From a virus (Duplodnaviria > Caudoviricetes), in the IMG/VR virus record IMGVR_UViG_3300037608_000261, positions 1-64,000 of that record: 64,000 nucleotides of DNA; one strand, written 5' to 3'. Shown in pieces: positions 9,163 to 17,309 of this stretch. How positions within the stretch are numbered: position 1 is the first letter of the stretch; each line of letters begins with the position of its first letter. Made by a program: the position numbers and the translations under genes. Under the pieces are notes generated by a model, which saw only the letters and a list, made by a program, of their open reading frames with translations, did not search any database and had not been told where the DNA came from.

Positions 9163-9607
9163 CCTTCAGCCAAGATTTTAAATCTATTTTCATCGCTTCG
9201 GGTGTTATTTCATTATTAATACCTGCGTTTATATAACATTGGTCGGCATGTGCTAATTGCATAAGGCGAACAGCAGAATATTGACCAAAGAAATTATAAA
9301 TACCATCAAGGAAATCCTTTGTTTCATCGTCAATGGAAGATGGATTGAAAGCATTCTCGGAAGGGATACCTCCAGCGCCATAATGTTTATATTTACGATA
9401 GAGATCAGGGATAACAGGCCCATATTGCCATGCTATGATTTTATCATCATAAAGAGATGCCCCATATGCTGCAAGGTGAATACCTTGTGCATAATACACA
9501 AGCTTCTGAAGTTTTAAATTAGAAAGTAGCTCTTGATCTTCTTCTTGAGCTTTATAAAGGAAATAATCAGCTATATTAAAAGCAGAATATGTTGGCATTA
9601 TAACCAT
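9155..9607 (-). CDS. Panacea (DUF4065/SocA/GepA) antitoxin
   Basis: LSNLKLQKLVYYAQ and AWQYGPV motifs; start 9607 has an AGGAG SD. Confidence 0.85.
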   Translation of the reverse strand: MVIMPTYSAFNIADYFLYKAQEEDQELLSNLKLQKLVYYAQGIHLAAYGASLYDDKIIAWQYGPVIPDLYRKYKHYGAGGIPSENAFNPSSIDDETKDFLDGIYNFFGQYSAVRLMQLAHADQCYINAGINNEITPEAMKIDLKSWLKDG

Positions 9608-9700
9608 AATCGACCCTCCTTTTGACAAATTATCGTCTATTTGAGCCGCTTATTAATTATTGACATACCAATGAAGGCTTGTCAAGCAGTATGTGAAAAA

Positions 9701-10528
9701 TTACTCAATTAATTCAATAATATCTTCTATATTCCACAAATGATCTGTAACTCCTGCCGCTATTGCCGGTGTTATTCTCAATGTCTGGTGAATACGGCAA
9801 AAGTTATAATACATAAAATGAAGGGCTGCAGCATGAGCAAGGTTTTCTTCTTTCTTTGAAAATCCATTGGTAAGCCTTGTAAATCTTCTCATGCTCATTC
9901 TCATGGTAAGATTTTGTCTTTCAATATAGCTCGTAGATACCTTTTTAAGATCAGGATTGCCTTGAATAACTTTCTTTTCAGTTCCGATACATTGAGAGGG
10001 GCTATATTTTGCTTCATTAAACATTGGTGCACCGTACAACTTTATTAATTGACTGAAATCAATATTAGGCGCGGCGAAAGCATCTTCAACAGCTTCAAGA
10101 TACATCTTGTGACCGTCTGTTGTAAGTTGAACTCTATTACTTAATCTGCTTGCAAGGTTATTCATAAACTCTGTTGCTGTTACTATATTCCTGTTACCAA
10201 CACACCACGAAGGAACAAGTTTTGTATCGGCGCATATAGCGGTGAACGTCCATACATCACCATAGCCAAAAGTATTCTTTCTATCTTCAGGTACATTCTT
10301 GCTTTTAGCATAGCAGAAAGACCATATTTCATCGCATTGAATACGTTTACAAGTTAGATCGTGAAAAGCTTTGCCTTGATATTCAGAACAGACTTTTCCA
10401 ATATCAACGAGCAGTTTAGTGATTGTATTCTTTGATGCCCCTGTCATTCTAACGATAGCACGAATAGAATTGCCTTCCACTAAGGCGGCTATAATTTGTT
10501 TTTGTTTTTCTTTATTTAATCTGTTCAT
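9701..10528 (-). CDS. IS1-family DDE transposase
   Basis: N-terminal HTH; DEIWSF, TTDG and STSYIERQNLTMR motifs. Confidence 0.9.
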   Translation of the reverse strand: MNRLNKEKQKQIIAALVEGNSIRAIVRMTGASKNTITKLLVDIGKVCSEYQGKAFHDLTCKRIQCDEIWSFCYAKSKNVPEDRKNTFGYGDVWTFTAICADTKLVPSWCVGNRNIVTATEFMNNLASRLSNRVQLTTDGHKMYLEAVEDAFAAPNIDFSQLIKLYGAPMFNEAKYSPSQCIGTEKKVIQGNPDLKKVSTSYIERQNLTMRMSMRRFTRLTNGFSKKEENLAHAAALHFMYYNFCRIHQTLRITPAIAAGVTDHLWNIEDIIELIE

Positions 10529-10534
10529 ATTTAC

Positions 10535-10563
10535 ATTATATGCTTGAGCGGTTATGTTGTCAA
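10535..10563 (-). promoter_or_regulatory. Sigma70 promoter of the transposase, probably leaderless
   Basis: TTGACA-17 nt-TATAAT, then 6 nt to the ATG; the spacer carries an operator-like motif. Confidence 0.75.
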
Positions 10564-10601
10564 GCCTTTTGGTCAGTTTGCTAAATTTCGCAAATTAAAT
10601 A

Positions 10602-10630
10602 TTGACAAACAAATATTGATATGCTATTTT
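10602..10630 (+). promoter_or_regulatory. Sigma70 promoter of the HTH-peptidase gene, probably leaderless
   Basis: TTGACA-17 nt-TATTTT, then 6 nt to the ATG at 10637. Confidence 0.6.
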
Positions 10631-10636
10631 TTGTCT

Positions 10637-11776
10637 ATGAACGTTGAACAGTTCCGAACACCGGGCCAGCTTATAGATGCTTTAATAACTGAACGCAATT
10701 GGAGCCAAAGAACTTTAGCTATTATCGCAGGGATAGAAGAAACTGGTCTCAATAAAATCATCACGGGTAAAAAACAGGTTACAGCGGAAATGGCTATATT
10801 ATTGGGAGAAATTTTTGAACTTCCCGCAGAGAAATTTCTGGACTTGCAGAAGGCTTTCGACCTCGCACAAGCACGCATCATAGCTCGTCCCGATCCAAAT
10901 CGAGTTACTCGTGCACATATTTTTGGTGGATTACCTGTATCGGAAATGATTAAACGGAGATGGTTAGATGCTACAGATGTCAAAGATATTCCTAAAGTAG
11001 AAACGGCTTTAGCGAAATTTTTTGGTGTAAATTCTATTGATGAAATAGAAATACTTCCTCATGCAGCAAAGAAGACAAAGACATCTACCCCGGTTACGCC
11101 CGCTCAATTAGCATGGATTTATAGAGTAAAGGAAATCGCAAGTGAAATGCTTGTTGCTCGGTATTCTTCGGCTGGTGTCCAAAATGCTATCAAGCTTTTG
11201 AGCAGTTTATTATCTTCCCCTGAATTGTCTCGTAAAGTACCACGTATTCTCGCAGAGTGCGGAATACGATATGTCGTTGTAGAGACTTTATCAGCAGCAA
11301 AAATTGATGGAGTTTGTTTTTGGTTGAATGATTTTGCGCCTATAATAGGGATGTCAATACGATATGACCGTATTGATAATTTTTGGTTTGTTCTAAGACA
11401 TGAGTTAGAGCACGTTCTCCACCATGATGGTCGATCTGCCATTATGTTGGATACAGAACTTGAAGGAGAACGAGCAGGCACTGGTGCCGGTATCTTGGAA
11501 GAAGAACGTATAGCGAATGAAGCTGCCACGGAGTTTTGCGTATCCAAAGCTAAGATGGACAGCTTTGTAGCACGAAAATCGCCCTTTTTCCATGAAAGAG
11601 ACATCCTTGGTTTAGCAAACACCTTGCACATCCACCCCGGTTTGATAGCAGGGCAACTACAACACCGAACAGGCAGATATGATCTCTTCCGTAAGCACTT
11701 AGTTAAAATCCGCCATGCTATCGCCCCAGGGGCGATGGTTGATGGATGGGGAGACGTTGCTCCTATCGGACTATAA
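10637..11776 (+). CDS. XRE/HigA-type HTH fused to ImmA/IrrE (DUF955) metallopeptidase
   Basis: N-terminal HTH (PGQLI...WSQRTLA); DNFWFVLRHELEH HExxH motif. Confidence 0.85.
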   Translation: MNVEQFRTPGQLIDALITERNWSQRTLAIIAGIEETGLNKIITGKKQVTAEMAILLGEIFELPAEKFLDLQKAFDLAQARIIARPDPNRVTRAHIFGGLPVSEMIKRRWLDATDVKDIPKVETALAKFFGVNSIDEIEILPHAAKKTKTSTPVTPAQLAWIYRVKEIASEMLVARYSSAGVQNAIKLLSSLLSSPELSRKVPRILAECGIRYVVVETLSAAKIDGVCFWLNDFAPIIGMSIRYDRIDNFWFVLRHELEHVLHHDGRSAIMLDTELEGERAGTGAGILEEERIANEAATEFCVSKAKMDSFVARKSPFFHERDILGLANTLHIHPGLIAGQLQHRTGRYDLFRKHLVKIRHAIAPGAMVDGWGDVAPIGL

Positions 11777-11786
11777 GGAGGACTTA

Positions 11787-12266
11787 GTGTTAACAAAAAA
11801 GCACCAATTACAAAACTTCATTCGGTATTACAAGGAGCAAACAGGAGAAACACAGGTAAACATGAAAGATGTGGCTCGATTTGCGGTATCAAATGGATGG
11901 AAACTACCATCCCCTTCCGATCCGCTTGATATATTGGCAAAAGATTTCTCTGATGCTGCCCGTGAAGAGATCAAGCATGATAAAAAAACAGGGCATCCAT
12001 ACCGCGTAAATCATGCAATTAGGCAAGGACGAGGACAACAACTTCATCTCTGGATTGATATTGATGAAGCCCCGCGTAAACCAATGCTCAAGAGTTTGAT
12101 ACAGCGACGAGAACAAATGGTTGGCGATGGTCTACAACTCACTTATGACGCTGATCATTGGAATAGTGTTCATGAAAGAGAAGAACCTATCATTATGCCT
12201 TTAGATTTTACGGACGATATTGAGTGGCGCAAAAATGCCCCAAGAGAAAAAAGGAAAGCGGTTTAA
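11787..12266 (+). CDS. Hypothetical protein
   Basis: GTG start with an AGGAGG SD, directly after the HTH-peptidase gene. Confidence 0.65.
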   Translation: MLTKKHQLQNFIRYYKEQTGETQVNMKDVARFAVSNGWKLPSPSDPLDILAKDFSDAAREEIKHDKKTGHPYRVNHAIRQGRGQQLHLWIDIDEAPRKPMLKSLIQRREQMVGDGLQLTYDADHWNSVHEREEPIIMPLDFTDDIEWRKNAPREKRKAV

Positions 12267-12514
12267 TCATCGGTTTTTTTCCATCTTGCTTGAGCAGCTA
12301 ATGTTGCTATTTCTTTTCTTTGTTCTTCTGTTAACTTCTCCGCTCTTGCTTTGCCTCCCTTCAACCCTCCTAATCTTCCAAGGGCTACGGCAGCGGGGTT
12401 CTTTTCTCTGATGGGTTCTATTGGCGGGGCTTCTTCGGTAGGCTTTGATTCTGTGGTTTGATCTGTGATAAACTTAGCAAGTTGATTTATATCGGTAGGG
12501 GTCTTTTTCTTCAT
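12263..12514 (-). CDS. Small basic KGG-motif protein
   Basis: NPAAVALGRLGGLKGGKARAEKL motif; has its own promoter at the element end. Confidence 0.75.
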   Translation of the reverse strand: MKKKTPTDINQLAKFITDQTTESKPTEEAPPIEPIREKNPAAVALGRLGGLKGGKARAEKLTEEQRKEIATLAAQARWKKTDD

Positions 12515-12520
12515 GCTCTA

Positions 12521-12549
12521 AGTATAGCATGAGCGGTTAAGCATGGCAA
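12521..12549 (-). promoter_or_regulatory. Sigma70 promoter of the KGG protein, probably leaderless
   Basis: TTGCCA-17 nt-TATACT, then 6 nt to the ATG; shares the spacer motif with the transposase promoter. Confidence 0.7.
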
Positions 12550-12818
12550 GTGCAGAAAAAATGAAACTCACCCACTATCGAAAAATCCGCAAAATTCACT
12601 TTCAGGAAGGATTTATTGTCTACAGACATTCCAGGGATAAAAACTAATTATCCCCTACCAGTTTTTTTCTTATAAATCCCTCTATCGTTCCTATAGCTTT
12701 CGGTAGCTCTTTCCTTACCACCAGTTCATCTTTGTCATTGTAAAACAGCACATACGTCTTCCCATCTTCGTCTACGAATTCCATCTGGTAGTATTTGCTC
12801 TCGTCGGTATCCAAATTT

Positions 12819-13382
12819 TTAATACCTCGGCATCAGCTTCTCTGAATGTTGCTTATGTTTCACGAAATTGTCAATATATATACCGGCAAGCTCTGAATTT
12901 TTGAGTATCAATAAATTTTCTGCATTCTTCTCTTCTGCTGCTTTAGAAAAGTTAAATGAACCTGTAATAACAATCTGCTTATCGATAATAATGATCTTAT
13001 TGTGGGCTATAGAATGAGCATCATCAATATATGTAGGCACTTTCATATTTGCCAAAAAAGTTGCTGATGTATAGCTTGCTCCTTGTTTCTTCGGTTCTTT
13101 TCTTTGTGATTTATCAACTATGACTTCAACATTCACTGCTCTTTTTTTAGCATTAACAAGGGCTTTTGCAATCGGCGCTGAAGTAAATGAATATGCCTGA
13201 ACAAGAACTTCCATTGTAGCATTATCAATTTGTTTTACAATAGCAGCGGTGCAGCCCCCGTCAGGGCTGAAATAAACATGGGCAGGGGTGTTATTGAGGG
13301 TAAGATCAAATGAATGAGATGGAGTGCAGAAGACCGATAAAATTAGAAGGATAAAGAGAGGGGTTAAAACTGTTTTTCTCAT
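12819..13382 (-). CDS. Phospholipase D-family nuclease (Nuc-like) with signal peptide
   Basis: Single HKD motif HNKIIIID...GSFNFS...NAEN; N-terminal signal peptide from MRKT at 13382. Confidence 0.85.
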   Translation of the reverse strand: MRKTVLTPLFILLILSVFCTPSHSFDLTLNNTPAHVYFSPDGGCTAAIVKQIDNATMEVLVQAYSFTSAPIAKALVNAKKRAVNVEVIVDKSQRKEPKKQGASYTSATFLANMKVPTYIDDAHSIAHNKIIIIDKQIVITGSFNFSKAAEEKNAENLLILKNSELAGIYIDNFVKHKQHSEKLMPRY

Positions 13383-13463
13383 GAAGATCTCCTGATATGG
13401 ATTTATGAGCATTATAGTTCAAGGAATTGGGGATGTCAAAAGGGAAAGTGTTGGTTGTTTTTA

Positions 13464-13928
13464 TCAGTCAGATTTTCTGTGGGACATACCCGGATTGAAA
13501 TATCCATCAAGTTTTTCCAAAGCTTCCATTCTTGCCTGAACTGCCATATTGAATGCCTTCTCTTCACCGTATTTGTTTATTGAGAATTTCTTTTGTTTTG
13601 TCTTGCCAGGTACAGGTGACCACGTGGCCATCCAATACCAACGGTAATTACCTTCTTTATCAGGTTCATTGTTTCTACAGTGACATACTCCTGGAATACC
13701 TGATTTGCAATTACGTTTTACAATAGAACAGAATTCTTTTAGAGTCAGAGGATCATATAGGGAGAGAATTTCATTTAGATATTTCTTTGCAGCGGCAAGA
13801 GCTTTATTCTTACTCCCATATGTGGCATCACTGAAAGAACCGAAGTGTTTCTTGTTTTTTCGGGATATGGTTACTACCCATGAATGGGTACGGGTTTTAT
13901 CATTATCTATTCGTGTAATACCGTACAT
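13464..13928 (-). CDS. AP2-domain DNA-binding protein
   Basis: Two AP2-like units (GI.R...W.V....FS...YG...AL..AK; SGIPGV...W.ATW...FS..KYG..AF..A...R). Confidence 0.7.
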   Translation of the reverse strand: MYGITRIDNDKTRTHSWVVTISRKNKKHFGSFSDATYGSKNKALAAAKKYLNEILSLYDPLTLKEFCSIVKRNCKSGIPGVCHCRNNEPDKEGNYRWYWMATWSPVPGKTKQKKFSINKYGEEKAFNMAVQARMEALEKLDGYFNPGMSHRKSD

Positions 13929-14117
13929 GACTCATATATCATAAAATAAATTCTATTCCGAAACATTGAAAAACACTTGTTCATATGCAATTAGGGGATA
14001 GCAGCAAAATTGCTTTGTTGAAACAATTAATAATAATAGACAGTTAATCATTGACGGATATGTTTCTGATATGGTTAAAAATACGAAAAATAATTCTTGC
14101 ACCTTCAGGAGAAAAAC

Positions 14118-14393
14118 ATGACAAAGATAGACATTGTAAATAACCTATATGATAGATTGGGCCTTACGAAACAGGAGTGTGCCGATGTAGCAGATAGATT
14201 CTTTGAGATTATAAAAGAAACATTGGCAAAAGATGAAGATGTAAATATTTCCGGTTTTGGTAAGTTCACGGTGAAACAGAAAAATGCCAGGAGAGGAAGA
14301 AATCCTCAGACAGGGAATAAGATACAGATTGAGGAAAGGAAGGTACTACTTTTCAGGTTGAGTAAAGTTCTGAATGAGAAGGTAAATGAATAA
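14118..14393 (+). CDS. ihfA: Integration host factor alpha-like (HU/IHF) protein
   Basis: MTKIDIV...VNISGFGKFTVKQKNARRGRNPQTG signature; AGGAG SD. Confidence 0.85.
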   Translation: MTKIDIVNNLYDRLGLTKQECADVADRFFEIIKETLAKDEDVNISGFGKFTVKQKNARRGRNPQTGNKIQIEERKVLLFRLSKVLNEKVNE

Positions 14394-14605
14394 CCGGAGA
14401 TCAGCTTTTGTTAATTGGAATAATAGTGGTGAAAATAGAGGTTGTTGACAGCACCTGCGAAGCGTGGGCTGCGTGATTTTGCAGAGGCAAAGATTACCAG
14501 TTAAAACGTACTTCTTTGCCCTTAATGGGATAATTATTTTTGTCACCTACGACTAAGTAATTAATAATAATAATTGAGTTATCGATAATTACTAACTGAA
14601 ATGTG

Positions 14606-14664
14606 GTAGAACAGAAGGCTGTGCAGCGTGGCCGTTTTGAATATGCAGGAGCGCCTGGTTATGC
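14606..14664 (-). other. Degenerate attC-like site 3 (59 bp)
   Basis: R'' GCATAAC contains the stop codon of the 89-aa gene; R' GTTCTAC; arms pair weakly. Confidence 0.45.
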
Positions 14665-14928
14665 CTTTTTGGTCTTATCTTCCGACTTATTTAATTCCCA
14701 ACTTTGATTTTGAAAAACGTCATATCCATAGCTTGTGTAGTGGCCACAGGTGCAAGCAATGCTATGAAAAGGCATTGATGCGTCTTGTGTGTGCCGGTAA
14801 AGCGAAGGATCGCAATCTCGCGGAGCGCGCCCTCCGTATTTTGATATCTCTCTATCACGCCCGCAATGGAAACATCGGATGTAGCGCGGAATTTTACGAG
14901 ATTTCGTAGGCATTATATTTTCTCCCAT
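14659..14928 (-). CDS. Small Cys-rich cassette protein (CxxC...CxCxH)
   Basis: Lies between two attC-like sites; probable start 14913 after a GGAG SD. Confidence 0.55.
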   Translation of the reverse strand: MGENIMPTKSRKIPRYIRCFHCGRDREISKYGGRAPRDCDPSLYRHTQDASMPFHSIACTCGHYTSYGYDVFQNQSWELNKSEDKTKKA

Positions 14929-14938
14929 AATATTTTTT

Positions 14939-14995
14939 GCTTAACAACAAAATTACCCGCCGACGAAGGAAGTCGGGTCCATTTTGTTGTTAAGC
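14939..14995 (-). other. attC-like site 2 (57 bp)
   Basis: R'' GCTTAAC and R' GTTAAGC are exact complements; AACAAAAT/ATTTTGTT arms, bulged bases, CCGAC/GTCGG inner stem. Confidence 0.8.
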
Positions 14996-15007
14996 GTTTC
15001 TTTTTCG

Positions 15008-16099
15008 TCATTTCTGAACTTTGCCCTTTGCACGGAATCGGATAGGAACCGCCAACAAGTTTTCATAAACAACACGAGCTTGATTTAGAAGATCGTCATA
15101 GGTGATTACCTTTATATGCCCACGACGACTGAAATTTTCCTCATCTAATCTCTTTTCCAATTCAGGTGAAAGCTGCGAGTGACGACCAATGACAACGAGC
15201 CCTTCCGGCCTGCGTATCCCTGGCAACTTGGATTCTGCGTAAGCACGATTATCCGCAATCCATGCCTGAAAATCTCTTAATTGCCCAATAGCGTCGTTCA
15301 ATTCGCTGTGGATTCTACCCTTGACTGTGAATAAGCGGTCGGTTGATTTTTCTATCTCGACTAAGATGTAGGTCCCATCCACCCTCCGGACAACAAAATC
15401 AGTAATAAAATCGTCACCTAATTCGTGCTTACTTCTTAGCTCAATTGCCAGTGGGTCAAGGAATATAGGATGGTCGAATAGAAACTGATGGATTTCCTCC
15501 TCTTTTCCATGCAATGTCGCGAGAAGAGTCTCGAACTGCTCTAAGAGTTGCTTGTTCAATGTGAGGTGCGAATCAAGTAAAAGGGAAAGAAATGCATCTC
15601 GAACAGAATGGTCGCTCTCTTCTTTTACTGAGACCATTGTCTCCATGGCGAAGTTTATTATTAATTTCCTTTGAATCTCGCGATCTATTGCTTGCTCTAA
15701 AAGTAAACCTCTAAGTATTTGAAGCGCATACATAGATAAAACCGGCGTGACAGAAATACCGCATCTTTCAAGCCAGTCAGAAGGGACAAACATCGATTTG
15801 ATTTCAGAAAGGGGGATATGGGCGGCAAGAGCCAAAAGAATTTTCTGGGCATCGGTGCTATGTAAACCTGAAAGAAGATGCTCTTTCAATGAATCCAGCC
15901 CTGACTCACCCCATGCAACGAGAGCCAAAAGTGCTGGTACTGCGATGATTTCATCAAAGAGTCCATCCATCTCTGATAATTCGATTACAAAGGGCAGAGA
16001 TTCCTGTTCATGCTGGCGTGCAAGTAGCGCTATACCTGATAGAACTTCTTCTACAGAAATATGCTGTTGATTGAGTAATTGTCGTATTTCTTCGATCAT
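15008..16099 (-). CDS. Shedu (SduA/DUF4263)-type PD-(D/E)xK nuclease with an extra N-terminal domain
   Basis: EEEIHQFL, DF..., VEIEK, AIGQLRDFQAW and GLVVIGR motifs in the C-terminal half. Confidence 0.75.
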   Translation of the reverse strand: MIEEIRQLLNQQHISVEEVLSGIALLARQHEQESLPFVIELSEMDGLFDEIIAVPALLALVAWGESGLDSLKEHLLSGLHSTDAQKILLALAAHIPLSEIKSMFVPSDWLERCGISVTPVLSMYALQILRGLLLEQAIDREIQRKLIINFAMETMVSVKEESDHSVRDAFLSLLLDSHLTLNKQLLEQFETLLATLHGKEEEIHQFLFDHPIFLDPLAIELRSKHELGDDFITDFVVRRVDGTYILVEIEKSTDRLFTVKGRIHSELNDAIGQLRDFQAWIADNRAYAESKLPGIRRPEGLVVIGRHSQLSPELEKRLDEENFSRRGHIKVITYDDLLNQARVVYENLLAVPIRFRAKGKVQK

Positions 16100-16114
16100 T
16101 TGTCCTATTTTTTA

Positions 16115-16178
16115 GCCCAAAATCATGGCTCACCTGGAGCCTGATTTTTAGGCGATCCGGTGCAGCCGATAGTTATGT
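16115..16178 (-). other. attC-like site 1 (64 bp)
   Basis: R'' ACATAAC just after the stop codon; L'' GGCTGCACC / L' GGTGAGCC with one extra base; R' TTTGGGC (G to T change). Confidence 0.7.
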
Positions 16179-16180
16179 GT

Positions 16181-16732
16181 CTAAATTACATGTGGAACGT
16201 ATCCGGGAATGTTTATTGTGTCGTAATACTTGTTATTAATGTCAATAAGAAGAAGAATGGGATCGCCATCTTTCATGAAGTTGGGAAATACTGCTTTATC
16301 GACTAATCCCATAGTAATTTCTTTATCTCTCCATTTGGCGGGATACTTCAACTCAGTGAAGTTGAACTTATTGTGGGCACACCCGTTCCTGACATGTCGC
16401 AAAAACTGGATATCCGGTTCTTTTGCGATAGCATTATAAGTTTTGGTTTCTTTAAGTGTTTCCCAAGCGGATACCACAAAAATCTTGTTTATTTCGCTGA
16501 AGGAGCTTCTTAAGTTTTTAGGGGAAAGTAGCCCTTGGCTTTCAATTTCTCCTATGATACTCGTAACGTTCAAGTTTATATGCTGATTTGGATTTGTGTA
16601 TGACGATTCAATTGACGCGGTAGGGTAGTTCTTTATCAGTATGGCCTGGACATCTGGAATCCGGAGGGCCATCACACCAAGGCACATTTCCAGATAGGCG
16701 TCATACGTTTCCGAAGTTATGAACTTTTCCAT
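16181..16732 (-). CDS. Hypothetical protein with a HEPN-like RxxxxH motif
   Basis: FLRHVRNGCAH in a helical context; first cassette of the array. Confidence 0.5.
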   Translation of the reverse strand: MEKFITSETYDAYLEMCLGVMALRIPDVQAILIKNYPTASIESSYTNPNQHINLNVTSIIGEIESQGLLSPKNLRSSFSEINKIFVVSAWETLKETKTYNAIAKEPDIQFLRHVRNGCAHNKFNFTELKYPAKWRDKEITMGLVDKAVFPNFMKDGDPILLLIDINNKYYDTINIPGYVPHVI

Positions 16733-16752
16733 TTTGCCTCCATTATTCGTTC

Positions 16753-16803
16753 ACATAACAATTAATATACCAAGTTTGTTTTTCTTCAAATGATATACCA
16801 AGT
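16753..16803 (-). other. attI-like site
   Basis: Core GTTATGT (exact complement of the attC1 R'') preceded by two ACTTGGTATAT direct repeats (16765-16775, 16793-16803). Confidence 0.5.
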
Positions 16804-16970
16804 ACAGGAAAAATCAATAAAAAATTCCTATATTTTCTACAATAATAAACATAAATTATGTTGTTATGTGGTTTTTGCTGATATTACGTTGTAAAAACAA
16901 ATATACCTTTTTGTGGTCTTTTTGCATGAGGGCTTTGAATAGATGATTACCACATGAAACATTTCATAAT

Positions 16971-17094
16971 TTTAGATTCGTCCGCCTATCGCTTTCAGGA
17001 AGTTATTTATGCCGCAGGGAAAAATCATGAAGTGTGCATTTCGGGGAGAAAGCAGTGCATCCGGCAAAAACCACGTAGTATCAACCACAGGAGC
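16971..17094 (-). repeat. 46-bp-period repeat, two units plus a partial one
   Basis: Units at 17063-17094, 17017-17048 and a partial unit ending at 17002 match the reverse complement of the 50.5-kb array. Confidence 0.7.
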
Positions 17095-17309
17095 TATACA
17101 TAACAAATCCTGCTTTATCTCCTAATATAGCCAGTTACACCATGTTTTCCTTTTACATGTTTTTCTATCCCCCAAGGGTATCTTCAATATTGCATATGAT
17201 TGTTCGCCAATCAGCATTTTTTAGAGTAAATACCTGTCTTCTGTCTGGCTCCGCTGCATGACGAACTCAATAGTATTGTAATAATCCCGGTAACTCTTTA
17301 TGTTTCGGG

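Larger units (their letters stand above)
8709..12579. mobile_element. IS1-family element with passenger genes (3871 bp)
   Basis: Imperfect TIRs GGTAGTGGGTCAGTTTGA / GATAGTGGGTGAGTTTCA (15/18); exact 9-bp direct repeat GAAAAATCC at 8700-8708 and 12580-12588; internal DDE transposase. Confidence 0.9.

Noticed and set aside
10571-10580. GGTCAGTTTG matching the inner part of the left TIR
   Set aside because: Only 10 bp and oriented the wrong way for an internal IS end; at most an autoregulatory site.
14469-14489. Possible extra copy of the 46-bp repeat core (CTGCGTGATTTTGC)
   Set aside because: Single short imperfect match with no periodic neighbours; could be chance.
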